This document shows, piece by piece, positions 1 to 9,473 of a stretch of 64,000 nucleotides of DNA. The position numbers and the translations under genes were made by a program. The notes under the pieces were generated by a model. It had not been told where the DNA came from. It worked only from the letters and a program-made list of their open reading frames with translations, and searched no databases. Numbering within the stretch: position 1 is the first letter of the stretch; every line of letters starts with the position of its first letter. The stretch is from an uncultured Chloroflexia bacterium (lineage in GTDB: Bacteria > Chloroflexota > Limnocylindria > Limnocylindrales > CSP1-4), in NCBI GenBank assembly GCA_963768035.1, contig CAVYGJ010000002.1, positions 593,079-657,078 of the forward strand. Direction: 5' to 3'.

Positions 1-22
1 CTCGTCGGGCGGTCGGTGATGC

Positions 23-1048
23 TCATCGGGCCGGGATCCGACCCGCGAAGTCGTCGAGGAGGACCGGCCGGCCGTCGGCGGCGGCTTGCAGGAGGCTCGA
101 GGCAATCGCGAGTGCCCACAGCCCATCCTCACCGTCCACGACCGGGCGATCCCCGGAGCGCGCGACGTCGAGGAACGAGTCGAGCTCGGCCGCGAGCGGC
201 TCGTGGCTCGCGACGTCGACATCGACGACGTTGCCCTCGAACGTGGTCGCGTAGCCGTCGATGAGGGTGGGGCTGCCGACGTCGGCGCTCGTGAACGTGA
301 GCCGCTGCGTGAGGTAGTCCAGCTCGAACATCCCCGATTCGCCGACCACGGTCAGCTGCCGACGCTTCGCGGGCGTCAGCCAGTTGACGTCCAGCATGCC
401 CGTCGTGCCGGACGGGAAGTGGAGGAGCCCGAACAGGAGGTCCTCGTTGCTGGCGTGGAGCCGCTGCGCCGTCTCGGCGTAGACACGCGTCGGACGCTCG
501 CCGGCGATCCAGGAGAGGATGTCCGCGTCGTGCGTGGCGAGGTCGATCGTGACGCCAACGTCGCGGATGCGCGCCGGGAACGGCCCGGCCCGCCGGCTCG
601 TGATCGAGTACAGGGTCCCGACCCAGCCCTTGGCGAGCCGGCGTCCGAGCTCGAGCACGGCCGGGTTGAAGCGCTCCACGTGTCCGACCTGGAGCGGCAC
701 CCCGCGTGCACGCGCGGCATCGACGATGGCGATCCCTTCGGCGACGGTCGCTGCCAACGGCTTCTCGACGAGGACGGGCAGACCGCGCTCGATGGCCGCC
801 AGCGCCACGCTGGCGTGGGCAGTCGTCGGCGCGGCGATGACCACTGCGTCGAGCGCCGCGTCGGCGATCATCGCGAGGGCGTCGGCGAACCCGGCCGCGC
901 CGGTCTTCGTGACGGCGTCGTCGAGGAGCTGCGGGTCCGGATCGGCGATCGCGGCGAGGACGCAGCTCTCGCGTGTCGAGAGATGGCGCAGGTGGTTGCG
1001 ACCCATCGAGCCCAGGCCGGCGAGGCCGACGCGAAGCGGGGCGTTCAC
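23..1048 (-). CDS. Gfo/Idh/MocA-family NAD-dependent sugar-nucleotide oxidoreductase (WbpB-like)
   Basis: 341-aa ORF with N-terminal Rossmann motif (VGLAGLGSMGRNH) and the LVEKPLA motif typical of the family. Its GTG start overlaps the stop of the upstream aminotransferase by 4 nt (GTGA, 1045-1048). Confidence 0.85.
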   Translation of the reverse strand: MNAPLRVGLAGLGSMGRNHLRHLSTRESCVLAAIADPDPQLLDDAVTKTGAAGFADALAMIADAALDAVVIAAPTTAHASVALAAIERGLPVLVEKPLAATVAEGIAIVDAARARGVPLQVGHVERFNPAVLELGRRLAKGWVGTLYSITSRRAGPFPARIRDVGVTIDLATHDADILSWIAGERPTRVYAETAQRLHASNEDLLFGLLHFPSGTTGMLDVNWLTPAKRRQLTVVGESGMFELDYLTQRLTFTSADVGSPTLIDGYATTFEGNVVDVDVASHEPLAAELDSFLDVARSGDRPVVDGEDGLWALAIASSLLQAAADGRPVLLDDFAGRIPAR

Positions 1049-2167
1049 GAAGCGGTCCTCCCGGCGGTCGCGTCAACGGATGCTGCGGGTGCGGCGACCT
1101 CTCGGACCGCGTCGATGATCGCCTGGAGCTCCTCGTCCTCGAGGTTGGGCCGGACGGGGATCGAGAGGACCTCCGCCGCCAGCCGGTTCGTGACCGGGAG
1201 ATCGAGGTCCGCGGCGCCCGGGACGAACGCCTCCAGGTAGCCCTGGCGATGCACGGGGACGGGGTAGTAGACCAGGCGTGCCGATCCCGCGCTCGCCCAG
1301 CGCGGTCGCCACCCGATCGCGATCGAGCGGGAAGCGCATCGTGTACTGGTGCCAGACGTGGGTCCGGCCCTCGGGGACGCCGGGCGTCAGGTAGCCGTCG
1401 AGCCCCCGGCTGAGGCGGTCGGCGTTGCGCCGGCGCGCCGCGGTGCGCTCGTCGAGGTGTGCGAGCTGGGCGAGCCCGAGCGCCGCCGCGAGATCCGTCG
1501 GCTTGAAGTTGGACCCGAGCGACTCGTGGTGGTAGCGGACGCGCATCCCGTGGTTGCGGTACAGGCGCAGGCGGTCGGCCAAGGCGTCGTCGTCCGTCGT
1601 CAGGAAGCCGCCCTCGCCCGCCATCAGATTCTTCGTCGCGTACAGGCTGAACATCGCCGGCCCGAACTGCCCGGCGCCGCGACCGCGATAGGTCGCCCCG
1701 TGCGCCTGCGCGGCGTCCTCGATGATCGCGATCCCGTGCCGTTCCGCGATCTCGACGAGCGGGTCCATGTCGGCCATCAGCCCGTACAGGTGGACGGGCA
1801 TGATCGCCTTGGTCCGGGGCGTGATCGCCGCCTCCACCAGCTCGGGATCGATACAGAAGTCGTCCGGGCGGACGTCGACGAAGACCGGCCGGGCGCCGGC
1901 CTGCAGGATGGCGCTCACGGTCGCGTTGAAGGTGAAGCTGACCGTGATCACCTCGTCCCCGGGGCCGATGCCCATCGCGCGCAGCACGGCCTCGCTGGCG
2001 ACGGTCCCGTTGCTCATGAGCACGGCGTGGCGCACGCCGCAGTAGGCCGCCCACGCCTCCTCGAACTCGGTCGTCCGCTTGCCCATCGCGAGCATCCCCG
2101 AGCGGAGGACGTCGAGCACCGCCTGCTCCTCGGCCTGGCCGATGTCCGGCTTCGAGATCGGGATCAC
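1045..2167 (-). pseudogene. DegT/DnrJ/EryC1/StrS-family sugar aminotransferase (WbpE-like), one apparent frameshift
   Basis: N-terminal ~300 aa (ISKPDIG...SFYATKNLMAGEGGFL...) lie in the frame of ORF 1073..2317. The conserved C-terminus (VYYPVPVHRQGYLEAF...LSIPV) lies in the frame of ORF 1045..1254. The frames switch near 1275 just after GERGIGT. The GTG start at 2167 overlaps the upstream stop (GTGA). Confidence 0.75.
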
Positions 2168-2805
2168 GGGCGGACCTCGCTGCGGGCGGGCGTGCAGCGC
2201 TCGGCGTCGAGCTCGTACCGCGACCCGCAGCCGGCGCAGGCGGCCGGTCCGGTGGCGGACGGCCCGAGGGGCACGCCCGCCGCATCCGCGAGGCGCTGCC
2301 CGCAGGCGCACACCCACCCGAGCCGACGCGCCGGGTTGCCCGCGACGAGCGCGTGGTCCGGCACGTCGCGCGTCACGACGGCGCCGGCGCCAACGGTCGC
2401 GAACCGGCCGACGTCGTTGCCCGCGACCACGACCGCCCCGGCGCCGATCGACGCGCCGGTGCGCAGGCGGATCGGGCTCACGACCCAGTCATCGGCACGT
2501 GCGAGCGCCCCGTCCGCGGTGATCGCGCGTGGGAACCGGTCGTTGGTGAGGATCGCGTTTGGCCCGATGAACACGCCGTCCTCCACGGTCACGCCGTGGT
2601 AGACGAGCGCGGCGTTCTGGATCTTCACGCGGTCGCCGATCGACACGTCCTCGTCGATGAACGCGTCGCGGCCGACGACGCACTCGGCGCCGATTCGGGC
2701 GCCCCGACGGACCTGTGCCCGGTGCCAGATGCTCGTCCGGGGTCCGACGCTGACGTCCGCCTCGATGTCCGCTGTCGGATGGACGCGCGCGGTGGGATCG
2801 ATCAT
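2164..2805 (-). CDS. Left-handed beta-helix (hexapeptide-repeat) N-acetyltransferase, WbpD/WlbB-like
   Basis: 213-aa ORF with repeated [LIV]G-x4 hexapeptide pattern (IGDRVKIQNAALV, IGAGAVVVAGNDVG, VGAGAVVTRDVP). It is coupled to the downstream aminotransferase. Confidence 0.85.
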   Translation of the reverse strand: MIDPTARVHPTADIEADVSVGPRTSIWHRAQVRRGARIGAECVVGRDAFIDEDVSIGDRVKIQNAALVYHGVTVEDGVFIGPNAILTNDRFPRAITADGALARADDWVVSPIRLRTGASIGAGAVVVAGNDVGRFATVGAGAVVTRDVPDHALVAGNPARRLGWVCACGQRLADAAGVPLGPSATGPAACAGCGSRYELDAERCTPARSEVRP

Positions 2806-2925
2806 GGCGCCCCACGATAGCAGCGGCCGGGGTGGTGGGGCATACTCCCCCGGCCCGCCGGGCAGGGCCGCCCGCCACGCGGTCGACGCGCGCCGCTGCG
2901 CCTTCCACAGGAGTCGATTCGACGC

Positions 2926-3947
2926 ATGTCCGCGAACGGCGTTCCCCGGGCACCCGGCGAGGTGGGTACGCCTGTCGGAAGCCCGTCGCCACGTGGTCGC
3001 CGGCTCGCTGCCGTGGTCGCCGTCGTCGTCCTGGGCCTCGTCGTCGCCGGGGTGGTGACACGCGTCGCGCGACCGACCGTCTCGCTCCCCACGTTCATCG
3101 CAGCGCCGGTCGCCACGCCGGCCCCGGGCGCGTCCTTGAGGGTTGCCTCGATCCCGGACCTGCTGACGGCGCTCGCCGACGACACGGTGACCGAGATCGT
3201 CGTGGCGAACGGGACGTACCGGGTGAGCCCTGCAGCACTCCAGCGCCCGGACTCGCTGTGGATCGGCTCGCGGTTCGCCGCCCGCACGCGGCCTGTCAGT
3301 GTCCGAGCCGAGACGCGCGGGAGCGTGATCTTTGACGGCGGCGGCTGCGACCTACTTCGGCGGGCTGACGTTCGTGGACGGCGCCCACGATCAGACGTGG
3401 GACGGGTTCAAGTTCGCCAACGGCCAGGCCACCGACACCGGCGTGATCGTGTTCGGCGGGTATCGCGGGCCTGCCCGCCCCGCACCACATCACGCTCCGG
3501 TCCATCTCGATCCTGGCAAGCGTGACCGGGCACAACGAGCGCAACGACCACGGGATCTACTTCTCGCACGCGGTCGGTGGCCCGCACGACCTCCTGCGTC
3601 GAGGACCTCACGGTCGACGGCAGCGGGCCGACGCCCCTGTCCACCGCCCTCGTCTTCTTCCACTCGGACGCCGCAAACGAGAACGCCTGGAAGACGACGA
3701 TCCGTCGACTCACTGTTGTCGGGACGTACACGGCGGTCATCGATCTGGGATCGCCACGCTCCACGACGTCACGATCGACGGCGCGAGCATCTCCCACCCG
3801 ATCTACGGCGCGGTCCAGTACGAGCAGCCCGGCCAGGCGATCACGCTCGCGAACATGGTCTCCGTCGGGTCGGGCAGGTTCGGCTTCTACAGCACGCTCG
3901 GCGACGATCCGCCCGGGATCACGATCACGGACTGCTCGTTCAACTGA
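2926..3947 (+). pseudogene. Decayed paralog of the secreted right-handed beta-helix protein at 34545..36350 (>=4 frameshifts)
   Basis: Signal/TM N-terminus, then segments colinear with residues ~345-601 of the 34545 gene ([117 protein letters not shown]...). These are spread over frames 1>2>0>1>0, with switches near 3346, 3470, 3597 and 3757. Confidence 0.8.
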
Positions 3948-4003
3948 GGCGTACCGGGCGCGCTCATGCTGCAGGCGAGTTCGCCGGGCGATAGGCTCCG
4001 CGT

Positions 4004-5275
4004 GTGATGCCCACCGCAACCGAAGCCGGCACTCCCCAGGAATCCTCCCCGCTGCCGTGTCGCTTCTGCGGCGCTCCGCTCCGCGACACGTTCGTCGATC
4101 TCGGTCCCCAGCCGCTGTGCGAGTCCTTCGTGGCGCCCGAGGACGTCGAGCGGATGGAGCCCTTCTACCCGCTGCACGTCCGGATCTGCCGCGAGTGCCT
4201 CCTCGTGCAGCTGCCGGCGCTCGTCGACCGCGAGGAGATCTTCCGCGAGTACGCGTACTTCTCGTCGTACTCGGACAGCTGGGTTGAGCACGCGAAGCGG
4301 TACGCGGAGGCAATGATCGAGCGGCACGAGCTCGGGCCGGCGAGCTTCGTGGTCGAGCTGGCCAGCAACGACGGGTACCTGCTGCAGCATTTCGTCGCCC
4401 GAGGGATCCCGGTCCTCGGGATCGAGCCTGCCCGCAACGTCGCCGCCGTCGCCGAGGCCAAGGGCGTCCCGACGATCACGGAGTTCTTCGGGCGCGACCT
4501 CGCGGGCCAGCTGCTCCGCGAGCGGGGACCCGCCGACCTCATCGCCGGCAACAACGTCCTCGCGCAGGTCCCGGACCTCAACGACTTCGTCGGCGGCATC
4601 GCGATCCTGCTCGCCCCGGACGGGGTGGCGACGCTCGAGTTCCCGCACGTCGTCAGGCTCGTCGAGGGCGTCCAGTTCGACACGATCTACCACGAGCACT
4701 TCTCGTACTTCTCGCTGACCACGATCGCGAAGATCGCCGCCGCCCACGATCTTGTCGTCGTCGACGTCGACGAGCTGACGACACACGGCGGGTCGCTCCG
4801 GGTCCACCTCGCCCGGATCGATGGGACGCCGCTCATCGCGCCGGCCGTCGAGGCGCTCCTGGAGCGCGAGCGCGCCGGTGGCTACGCGGACCTCACCGGC
4901 TACGCGGGCTTCGAGGAACGCGTCCGCGCGGCCAAGTTCTCGCTGCTGACATTCCTGATCGAGGCCCGGCGGGCCGGCCGGTCGGTCGTCGGCTACGGGG
5001 CCCCGGGCAAGGGCAACACGCTGCTCAACTACTGCGGGATCCGGACCGACCTGCTCGACTACACCGTGGACCGCAACCCGTACAAGCACGGCCGGTTCAC
5101 GCCCGGTACGCGGATCCCGATCCACGACCCGTCGCGGATCGCGGAGACGAGGCCGGACGTGATCCTCATCCTTCCCTGGAACCTCGCCGACGAGATCGGG
5201 CGACAGCTCGCCTACACCCGCGAGTGGGGCGCCAGCCTCATCGTCCCCATCCCGTCCACGACGCTGATCTCCTGA
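4004..5275 (+). CDS. Zn-ribbon SAM-dependent methyltransferase of the NDP-hexose C-methyltransferase (TylCIII-like) architecture
   Basis: 423-aa ORF with N-terminal CxxC...CxxC ribbon (CRFCGAP...CRECLL), a class-I MTase core (VVELASNDGYLL) and the C-terminal C-methyltransferase-type domain (VVGYGAPGKGNTLLNY...TVDRNPYKHGRFTPGTRIPI). An ATG at 4007 is an alternative start. Confidence 0.8.
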   Translation: MMPTATEAGTPQESSPLPCRFCGAPLRDTFVDLGPQPLCESFVAPEDVERMEPFYPLHVRICRECLLVQLPALVDREEIFREYAYFSSYSDSWVEHAKRYAEAMIERHELGPASFVVELASNDGYLLQHFVARGIPVLGIEPARNVAAVAEAKGVPTITEFFGRDLAGQLLRERGPADLIAGNNVLAQVPDLNDFVGGIAILLAPDGVATLEFPHVVRLVEGVQFDTIYHEHFSYFSLTTIAKIAAAHDLVVVDVDELTTHGGSLRVHLARIDGTPLIAPAVEALLERERAGGYADLTGYAGFEERVRAAKFSLLTFLIEARRAGRSVVGYGAPGKGNTLLNYCGIRTDLLDYTVDRNPYKHGRFTPGTRIPIHDPSRIAETRPDVILILPWNLADEIGRQLAYTREWGASLIVPIPSTTLIS

Positions 5276-5737
5276 GCCGCCGATGAAGGTCGTCCTGTTC
5301 TGCGGGGGACGCGGCCTCCGCCTGCGCGAGCACAGCGAGGCGATCCCCAAGCCGATGGTCCAGATCGGCTACCGGCCGATCCTGTGGCACGTCATGCGCT
5401 ACTACGCCCACTACGGCCACCGCGACTTCATCCTGTGCCTCGGCTACCGGGCCGACGCGATCAAGGACTACTTCCTCCACTACGACGAGGCGGCGTCCAA
5501 CGACTTCGTGCTGTCCGAGGGCGGCCGCCGGGTCGAGCTCCTCGGCTCGGACATCGCGGACTGGCGGATCACGTTCGCCGACACCGGCCTGGACACGACG
5601 ATCGGCGAGCGGCTGCGCCGCGTCCGGCACCTGCTCGAGGGCGAGGAGATCTTCCTCGCCAACTACGGCGACACCCTCACCGACGCCCCGCTCGACGAGC
5701 TCGTCGAGACGTTCCGGGCGGACACGGCGACGGCGGC
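5269..5737. repeat. Left copy of a 469-bp inverted repeat (partner 8973..9441)
   Basis: Reverse complement of 8973..9441. Direct reading of both ends and the translations of all three frames agree except for one synonymous site (5627 G versus the complement of 9083). It covers 14 nt upstream plus the first ~152 codons of rfbF. Confidence 0.9.
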
Positions 5738-6080
5738 GCTGCTTGCCGTGCGCCCGTCACACTCGTACTCGTTCCACGTGGTCGACACGGACGCCGACGG
5801 CCGCGTCAGGGCGATGCGCGACGTCGCGTCCGCCGACCTGCGGATCAACGGCGGCGGCTACATGTTCCGCTCGGGGATCCTCGATGCGCTGGACTCGGGC
5901 GAGGACCTCATCGACGCCCCGTTCGCGACGCTGGCGGCGGACGGGCGCCTGCTCGCCATCCCCTACGACGGCTTCTGGGAGTCGCTCGACACGCTGAAGG
6001 ACATGGAGCTGCTCCAGTCGCTCGACGCGCACGACTCCGCCCCGTGGGCGGTGTGGCGTACCGCGCCGACCGACCGGTGA
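5283..6080 (+). CDS. rfbF: Glucose-1-phosphate cytidylyltransferase
   Basis: 265-aa ORF with the [16 protein letters not shown]...IPKPMV nucleotidyltransferase signature and the RfbF-type C-terminus (FWESLDTLKD). Confidence 0.85.
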   Translation: MKVVLFCGGRGLRLREHSEAIPKPMVQIGYRPILWHVMRYYAHYGHRDFILCLGYRADAIKDYFLHYDEAASNDFVLSEGGRRVELLGSDIADWRITFADTGLDTTIGERLRRVRHLLEGEEIFLANYGDTLTDAPLDELVETFRADTATAALLAVRPSHSYSFHVVDTDADGRVRAMRDVASADLRINGGGYMFRSGILDALDSGEDLIDAPFATLAADGRLLAIPYDGFWESLDTLKDMELLQSLDAHDSAPWAVWRTAPTDR

Positions 6081-6116
6081 GCGGTGGCTGATGGCGGCGT
6101 CCTGGTGACCGGGCGC

Positions 6117-6846
6117 ATGCTCGACGGCCGCGTGGCGGTCGTGACCGGCGGCATCGAGCGGGATCGGGCGTGCGGTGACGATTGCGCTCGCGGCCGCCGG
6201 GGCGACGGTCGTGGCGGTGGGCCGGGACACGACCCGCCTGCAGGACGTCGCAGCGGCCGGGGGGCCCGACGATCGCATTGAGACGACCGTCCTCGACCTC
6301 GCCGACGACGATGCCGTTCGTGGGCTCGGCGCCGAGCTCGCCGCCGCGTACGGGGCCATCGACGTTCTCGTCCATGCCGCGGGTGACATCGCGTTCGGGC
6401 GGGTCGAGGATGCCGGCATCGACGACCTCGACCGGTTGTTCGGCGTGAACCTCCGGGCGCCCTACCTGCTGACCCAGGCGATCCTCCCACTCCTGGGCCG
6501 TCCGGGCGGGCACATCGTCTTCGTCAACTCGAGCGCCGGGGTCCGGCCCAGCGCCGGCGTCGCGGGCTATGGGGCCATGAAGCACGCGCTCCGCGGGCTC
6601 GCCGACGCCCTGCGCGACGAGGTCAACCCACTGGGCATCCGCGTGACGAGCGTCTACCCGGGCCGGACCCGCACGCCGATGCAGGCATCCGTCCATCGCT
6701 GGGAGGGACGCGCCGAGATGTCGGACGAGCTCCTCGAGCCCGAGGATGTCGCCGCGATGATCGTGGCGCTGCTCGGCCTGCCGGGCCGGGCGGAGGTCAC
6801 GGACCTGCACGTCCGGCCGGCGTATCCCCCGCGAACGGGCGCCTGA
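6117..6846 (+). pseudogene. Short-chain dehydrogenase/reductase (SDR), apparent frameshift inside the NAD-binding motif
   Basis: MLDGRVAVVTGG is in one frame and SSGIGRAVTIALAAAG...YGAMKHAL... in the next, with the switch at ~6150 inside the TGxxxGIG motif. The catalytic YxxxK (YGAMK) is present. Confidence 0.7.
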
Positions 6847-6867
6847 ACGGCGGCGTGACGCCCCGGC

Positions 6868-7914
6868 TCAGGGCTCCGCGGCAACGCCCGGCACGAAGCG
6901 CAGGTCGGGGGCGAGCGACCCGTCGGCGAGGCGCTGGCGGATGCGGGCGATCCGCTGGAAGCGGGGACCCTCGACCTCGTCCATGGTGAGGCCCGTCGCC
7001 GCGAACGCCGTCGCGAGCTCGGCGGCGCCCCGCCGCGCGTCCCACTCCGCCTCGAACCCGAGCGCGTCGGCGAACCGGTCGCCGTTGACGCGGTAGTTGC
7101 GCGCGTCCGGCGAGGCGTCGGAGGCGATCTCCACCTCGCAGCCCGGGAGGGCATCCGCGACCAGGGCCGCGAGGTCGCGGACCTGGTAGTTCTCCTGCGT
7201 CGAGACGACGTTGAACGCCTTGCCGCCGACGACCTCGTGCGGGGCGTCGAGCGCGAGCAGGAACGCCTTGGCGATGTCCCGGATGTGGACGATCGGCCGC
7301 CACGGCGTGCCGTCGCTCTTGAGGCGGACGGCGCCGGTCGTGTGCGCCCAGGCGACGAGGTTGTTGAGGACGACGTCACAGCGGAGGCGGGGCGAGACGC
7401 CGTATGCGGTGGCATTGCGCAGCGAGACGACCGTGTAGTCGGGACCGTCGAGCCCCACGATGTCGCGCTCCACGCGCACCTTCGACTCGCCGTATGGGGT
7501 CACCGGGCGAAGCGGCGAGTCCTCGTCGAGCATCGCGCCGCCGGCCGCGCCGTAGTTGCTGCACGACGACGAGAACAGGAACCGCTTGACGCCGGCCTCG
7601 CGGCCGATGGTCGCCAGGCGGACGCTCGCAAGGTGGTTGATGTCGAAGGTCAGCTCGGAGTCGAGGTCGCCGAGCGGGTCGTTGGACAGCGCGCCGAGGT
7701 GGACGATCGCGTCGATCCCGTCGAGCTGCTCCACCCGCACGTCCCTGAGGTCGGCATCCACGCGGGAGACCGTCGGCACGAGCGACGGGTCGCCGAACGT
7801 GCACCCCCGGTACAGGTCGGTGTCGAGCCCGACGACCTCGTGGCCGGCGTCCTGGAAGATCGGGACCAGGACAGACCCGATGTACCCGAGATGGCCGGTG
7901 ACGAGAACCCGCAT
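6868..7914 (-). CDS. NAD-dependent nucleotide-sugar epimerase/dehydratase (extended SDR)
   Basis: 348 aa starting [14 protein letters not shown] (GxxGxxG) with catalytic YGESK. This is the downstream part of track ORF 6868..8919, whose upstream extension is a shadow frame. Confidence 0.85.
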   Translation of the reverse strand: MRVLVTGHLGYIGSVLVPIFQDAGHEVVGLDTDLYRGCTFGDPSLVPTVSRVDADLRDVRVEQLDGIDAIVHLGALSNDPLGDLDSELTFDINHLASVRLATIGREAGVKRFLFSSSCSNYGAAGGAMLDEDSPLRPVTPYGESKVRVERDIVGLDGPDYTVVSLRNATAYGVSPRLRCDVVLNNLVAWAHTTGAVRLKSDGTPWRPIVHIRDIAKAFLLALDAPHEVVGGKAFNVVSTQENYQVRDLAALVADALPGCEVEIASDASPDARNYRVNGDRFADALGFEAEWDARRGAAELATAFAATGLTMDEVEGPRFQRIARIRQRLADGSLAPDLRFVPGVAAEP

Positions 7915-7940
7915 GCGCGCTGCCTCCGTGGGCTGGTGGA

Positions 7941-8600
7941 CTAGACGACGAGCTTCCGGCAGACGAACGCCTCGGCCGACCCATCGGCCGCACGGCACTC
8001 GATCCCGCGGAGCCGGAGCACCGCCCGGAAGGTGGCTTCGGAGAACCAGTCGCGTCCCGCCTGGGAGGGGAACGCGGCGAGGATGTGGTCGATCTTGGCG
8101 TCGGCGTCGTCGGCCGACAGCGGGACGTACAGGTTCGCCGGGCCCAGGTCGCCGTCCCACTTCGGGACCTCGTACTCGAGGATCGTCGCCCGGCGGAAGA
8201 CCTGCGGCAGCAGCTCTGCCGCCAGCCGGTGGTCCTGGTGGGCATCGTCGCGGCGGGGCCCGATGACGAGATCCGGATCCGCACCGGCGTGGGCGGCGAC
8301 CGCGTCCTTCGCCTCGGAGCCGAGGTACGGCAGGTAGCCGTCGCGGAGGTCGCGGATATCGGTCGTGCGTGAGGCCGCACCGGCGAGGAGGCGTCCGGCG
8401 CTCGCCTCCGCCTCGCTTGCGCGGGCCGGGTCCGGGGCCGCCAGCACGAGCCAGGTGACGCTGCTGTCGGGCCGCTCCGCGAGGAGGCGCAGGATCGTGC
8501 CGCCCGCACCGATCTCGGCGTCGTCGGCGTGTGCCCCGACCACGAGGATTGTGGGGCCTCGATCGACCGGCAGCCCGAGCCGCTCGGTGAGCGCCCTCAC
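7941..8600 (-). CDS. PIG-L/LmbE-family N-acetylglucosaminyl deacetylase
   Basis: [17 protein letters not shown] and HQDH motifs. The preferred GTG start at 8600 overlaps the rfbF-2 stop (GTGA). An ATG at 8666 is an alternative start. Confidence 0.75.
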   Translation of the reverse strand: MRALTERLGLPVDRGPTILVVGAHADDAEIGAGGTILRLLAERPDSSVTWLVLAAPDPARASEAEASAGRLLAGAASRTTDIRDLRDGYLPYLGSEAKDAVAAHAGADPDLVIGPRRDDAHQDHRLAAELLPQVFRRATILEYEVPKWDGDLGPANLYVPLSADDADAKIDHILAAFPSQAGRDWFSEATFRAVLRLRGIECRAADGSAEAFVCRKLVV

Positions 8601-9427
8601 GACGCCGGGCCGCCGGCGGCTGGCGTCGCGTCCGGCGGCGAGTCGGATCGTTCCCAGGCCATCCATGGCGCCTGCTTCGCCACGGCCAGCGACTGGAGGT
8701 GCTCGAGGTCCCGCAGCGTGTCCAGCGGACCCCAGAACCCCTCGTACTTCGTCGCCCGGAGTCGTCCCTGCTCGACGAGCCGCGCGAACGGCTGCTCGAC
8801 GAGCTCGTCGCCGGGCTCGAGGACGCTGAAGATCTCGTCCCGGAGGATGAAGTAGCCCCCGTTGATCCAGATGTCCGCGTCGGCGGGATGGAGCAGGCGC
8901 GTGACCCTGGAGGCGGCATCGGCGTCGACGATCCGGATCGGGTAGACCGACGGCCTGACCGCGAGGAAGGAGGCCGCCGTCGCCGTGTCCGCCCGGAACG
9001 TCTCGACGAGCTCGTCGAGCGGGGCGTCGGTGAGGGTGTCGCCGTAGTTGGCGAGGAAGATCTCCTCGCCCTCGAGCAGGTGGCGGACGCGGCGCAGCCG
9101 CTCGCCGATCGTCGTGTCCAGGCCGGTGTCGGCGAACGTGATCCGCCAGTCCGCGATGTCCGAGCCGAGGAGCTCGACCCGGCGGCCGCCCTCGGACAGC
9201 ACGAAGTCGTTGGACGCCGCCTCGTCGTAGTGGAGGAAGTAGTCCTTGATCGCGTCGGCCCGGTAGCCGAGGCACAGGATGAAGTCGCGGTGGCCGTAGT
9301 GGGCGTAGTAGCGCATGACGTGCCACAGGATCGGCCGGTAGCCGATCTGGACCATCGGCTTGGGGATCGCCTCGCTGTGCTCGCGCAGGCGGAGGCCGCG
9401 TCCCCCGCAGAACAGGACGACCTTCAT
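8597..9427 (-). CDS. rfbF: Glucose-1-phosphate cytidylyltransferase, second paralog
   Basis: 276 aa. The first ~152 aa are identical to the 5283 gene; the C-terminal half is divergent but still RfbF-like ([21 protein letters not shown]). Confidence 0.85.
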   Translation of the reverse strand: MKVVLFCGGRGLRLREHSEAIPKPMVQIGYRPILWHVMRYYAHYGHRDFILCLGYRADAIKDYFLHYDEAASNDFVLSEGGRRVELLGSDIADWRITFADTGLDTTIGERLRRVRHLLEGEEIFLANYGDTLTDAPLDELVETFRADTATAASFLAVRPSVYPIRIVDADAASRVTRLLHPADADIWINGGYFILRDEIFSVLEPGDELVEQPFARLVEQGRLRATKYEGFWGPLDTLRDLEHLQSLAVAKQAPWMAWERSDSPPDATPAAGGPAS

Positions 9428-9441
9428 CGGCGGCTCAGGAG
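8973..9441. repeat. Right copy of the 469-bp inverted repeat (partner 5269..5737)
   Basis: See the left copy. The boundaries were read base by base at both ends. Confidence 0.9.
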
Positions 9442-9473
9442 TGGGCTGCGATACGCGTGGCTGACACTGACGG

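Noticed and set aside
129-2285. 718-aa ORF on the minus strand, plus similar very long ORFs elsewhere (18516..21887, 40032..42662, 51744..54233, 3887..5350, 38551..40104).
   Set aside because: Their translations are dominated by Arg/Pro/Gly/Ala/Asp runs with no family motifs. They overlap ORFs in other frames or on the other strand that do carry clear family signatures. They are typical shadow ORFs of GC-rich DNA, where stop codons are rare.
5269-9441. The inverted repeats as the termini of an IS element or composite transposon.
   Set aside because: No transposase or integrase lies between or beside them, and no target-site duplication is visible. The repeats are the coding 5' halves of two paralogous biosynthetic genes. 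Gene conversion or recombination between paralogs explains them better.
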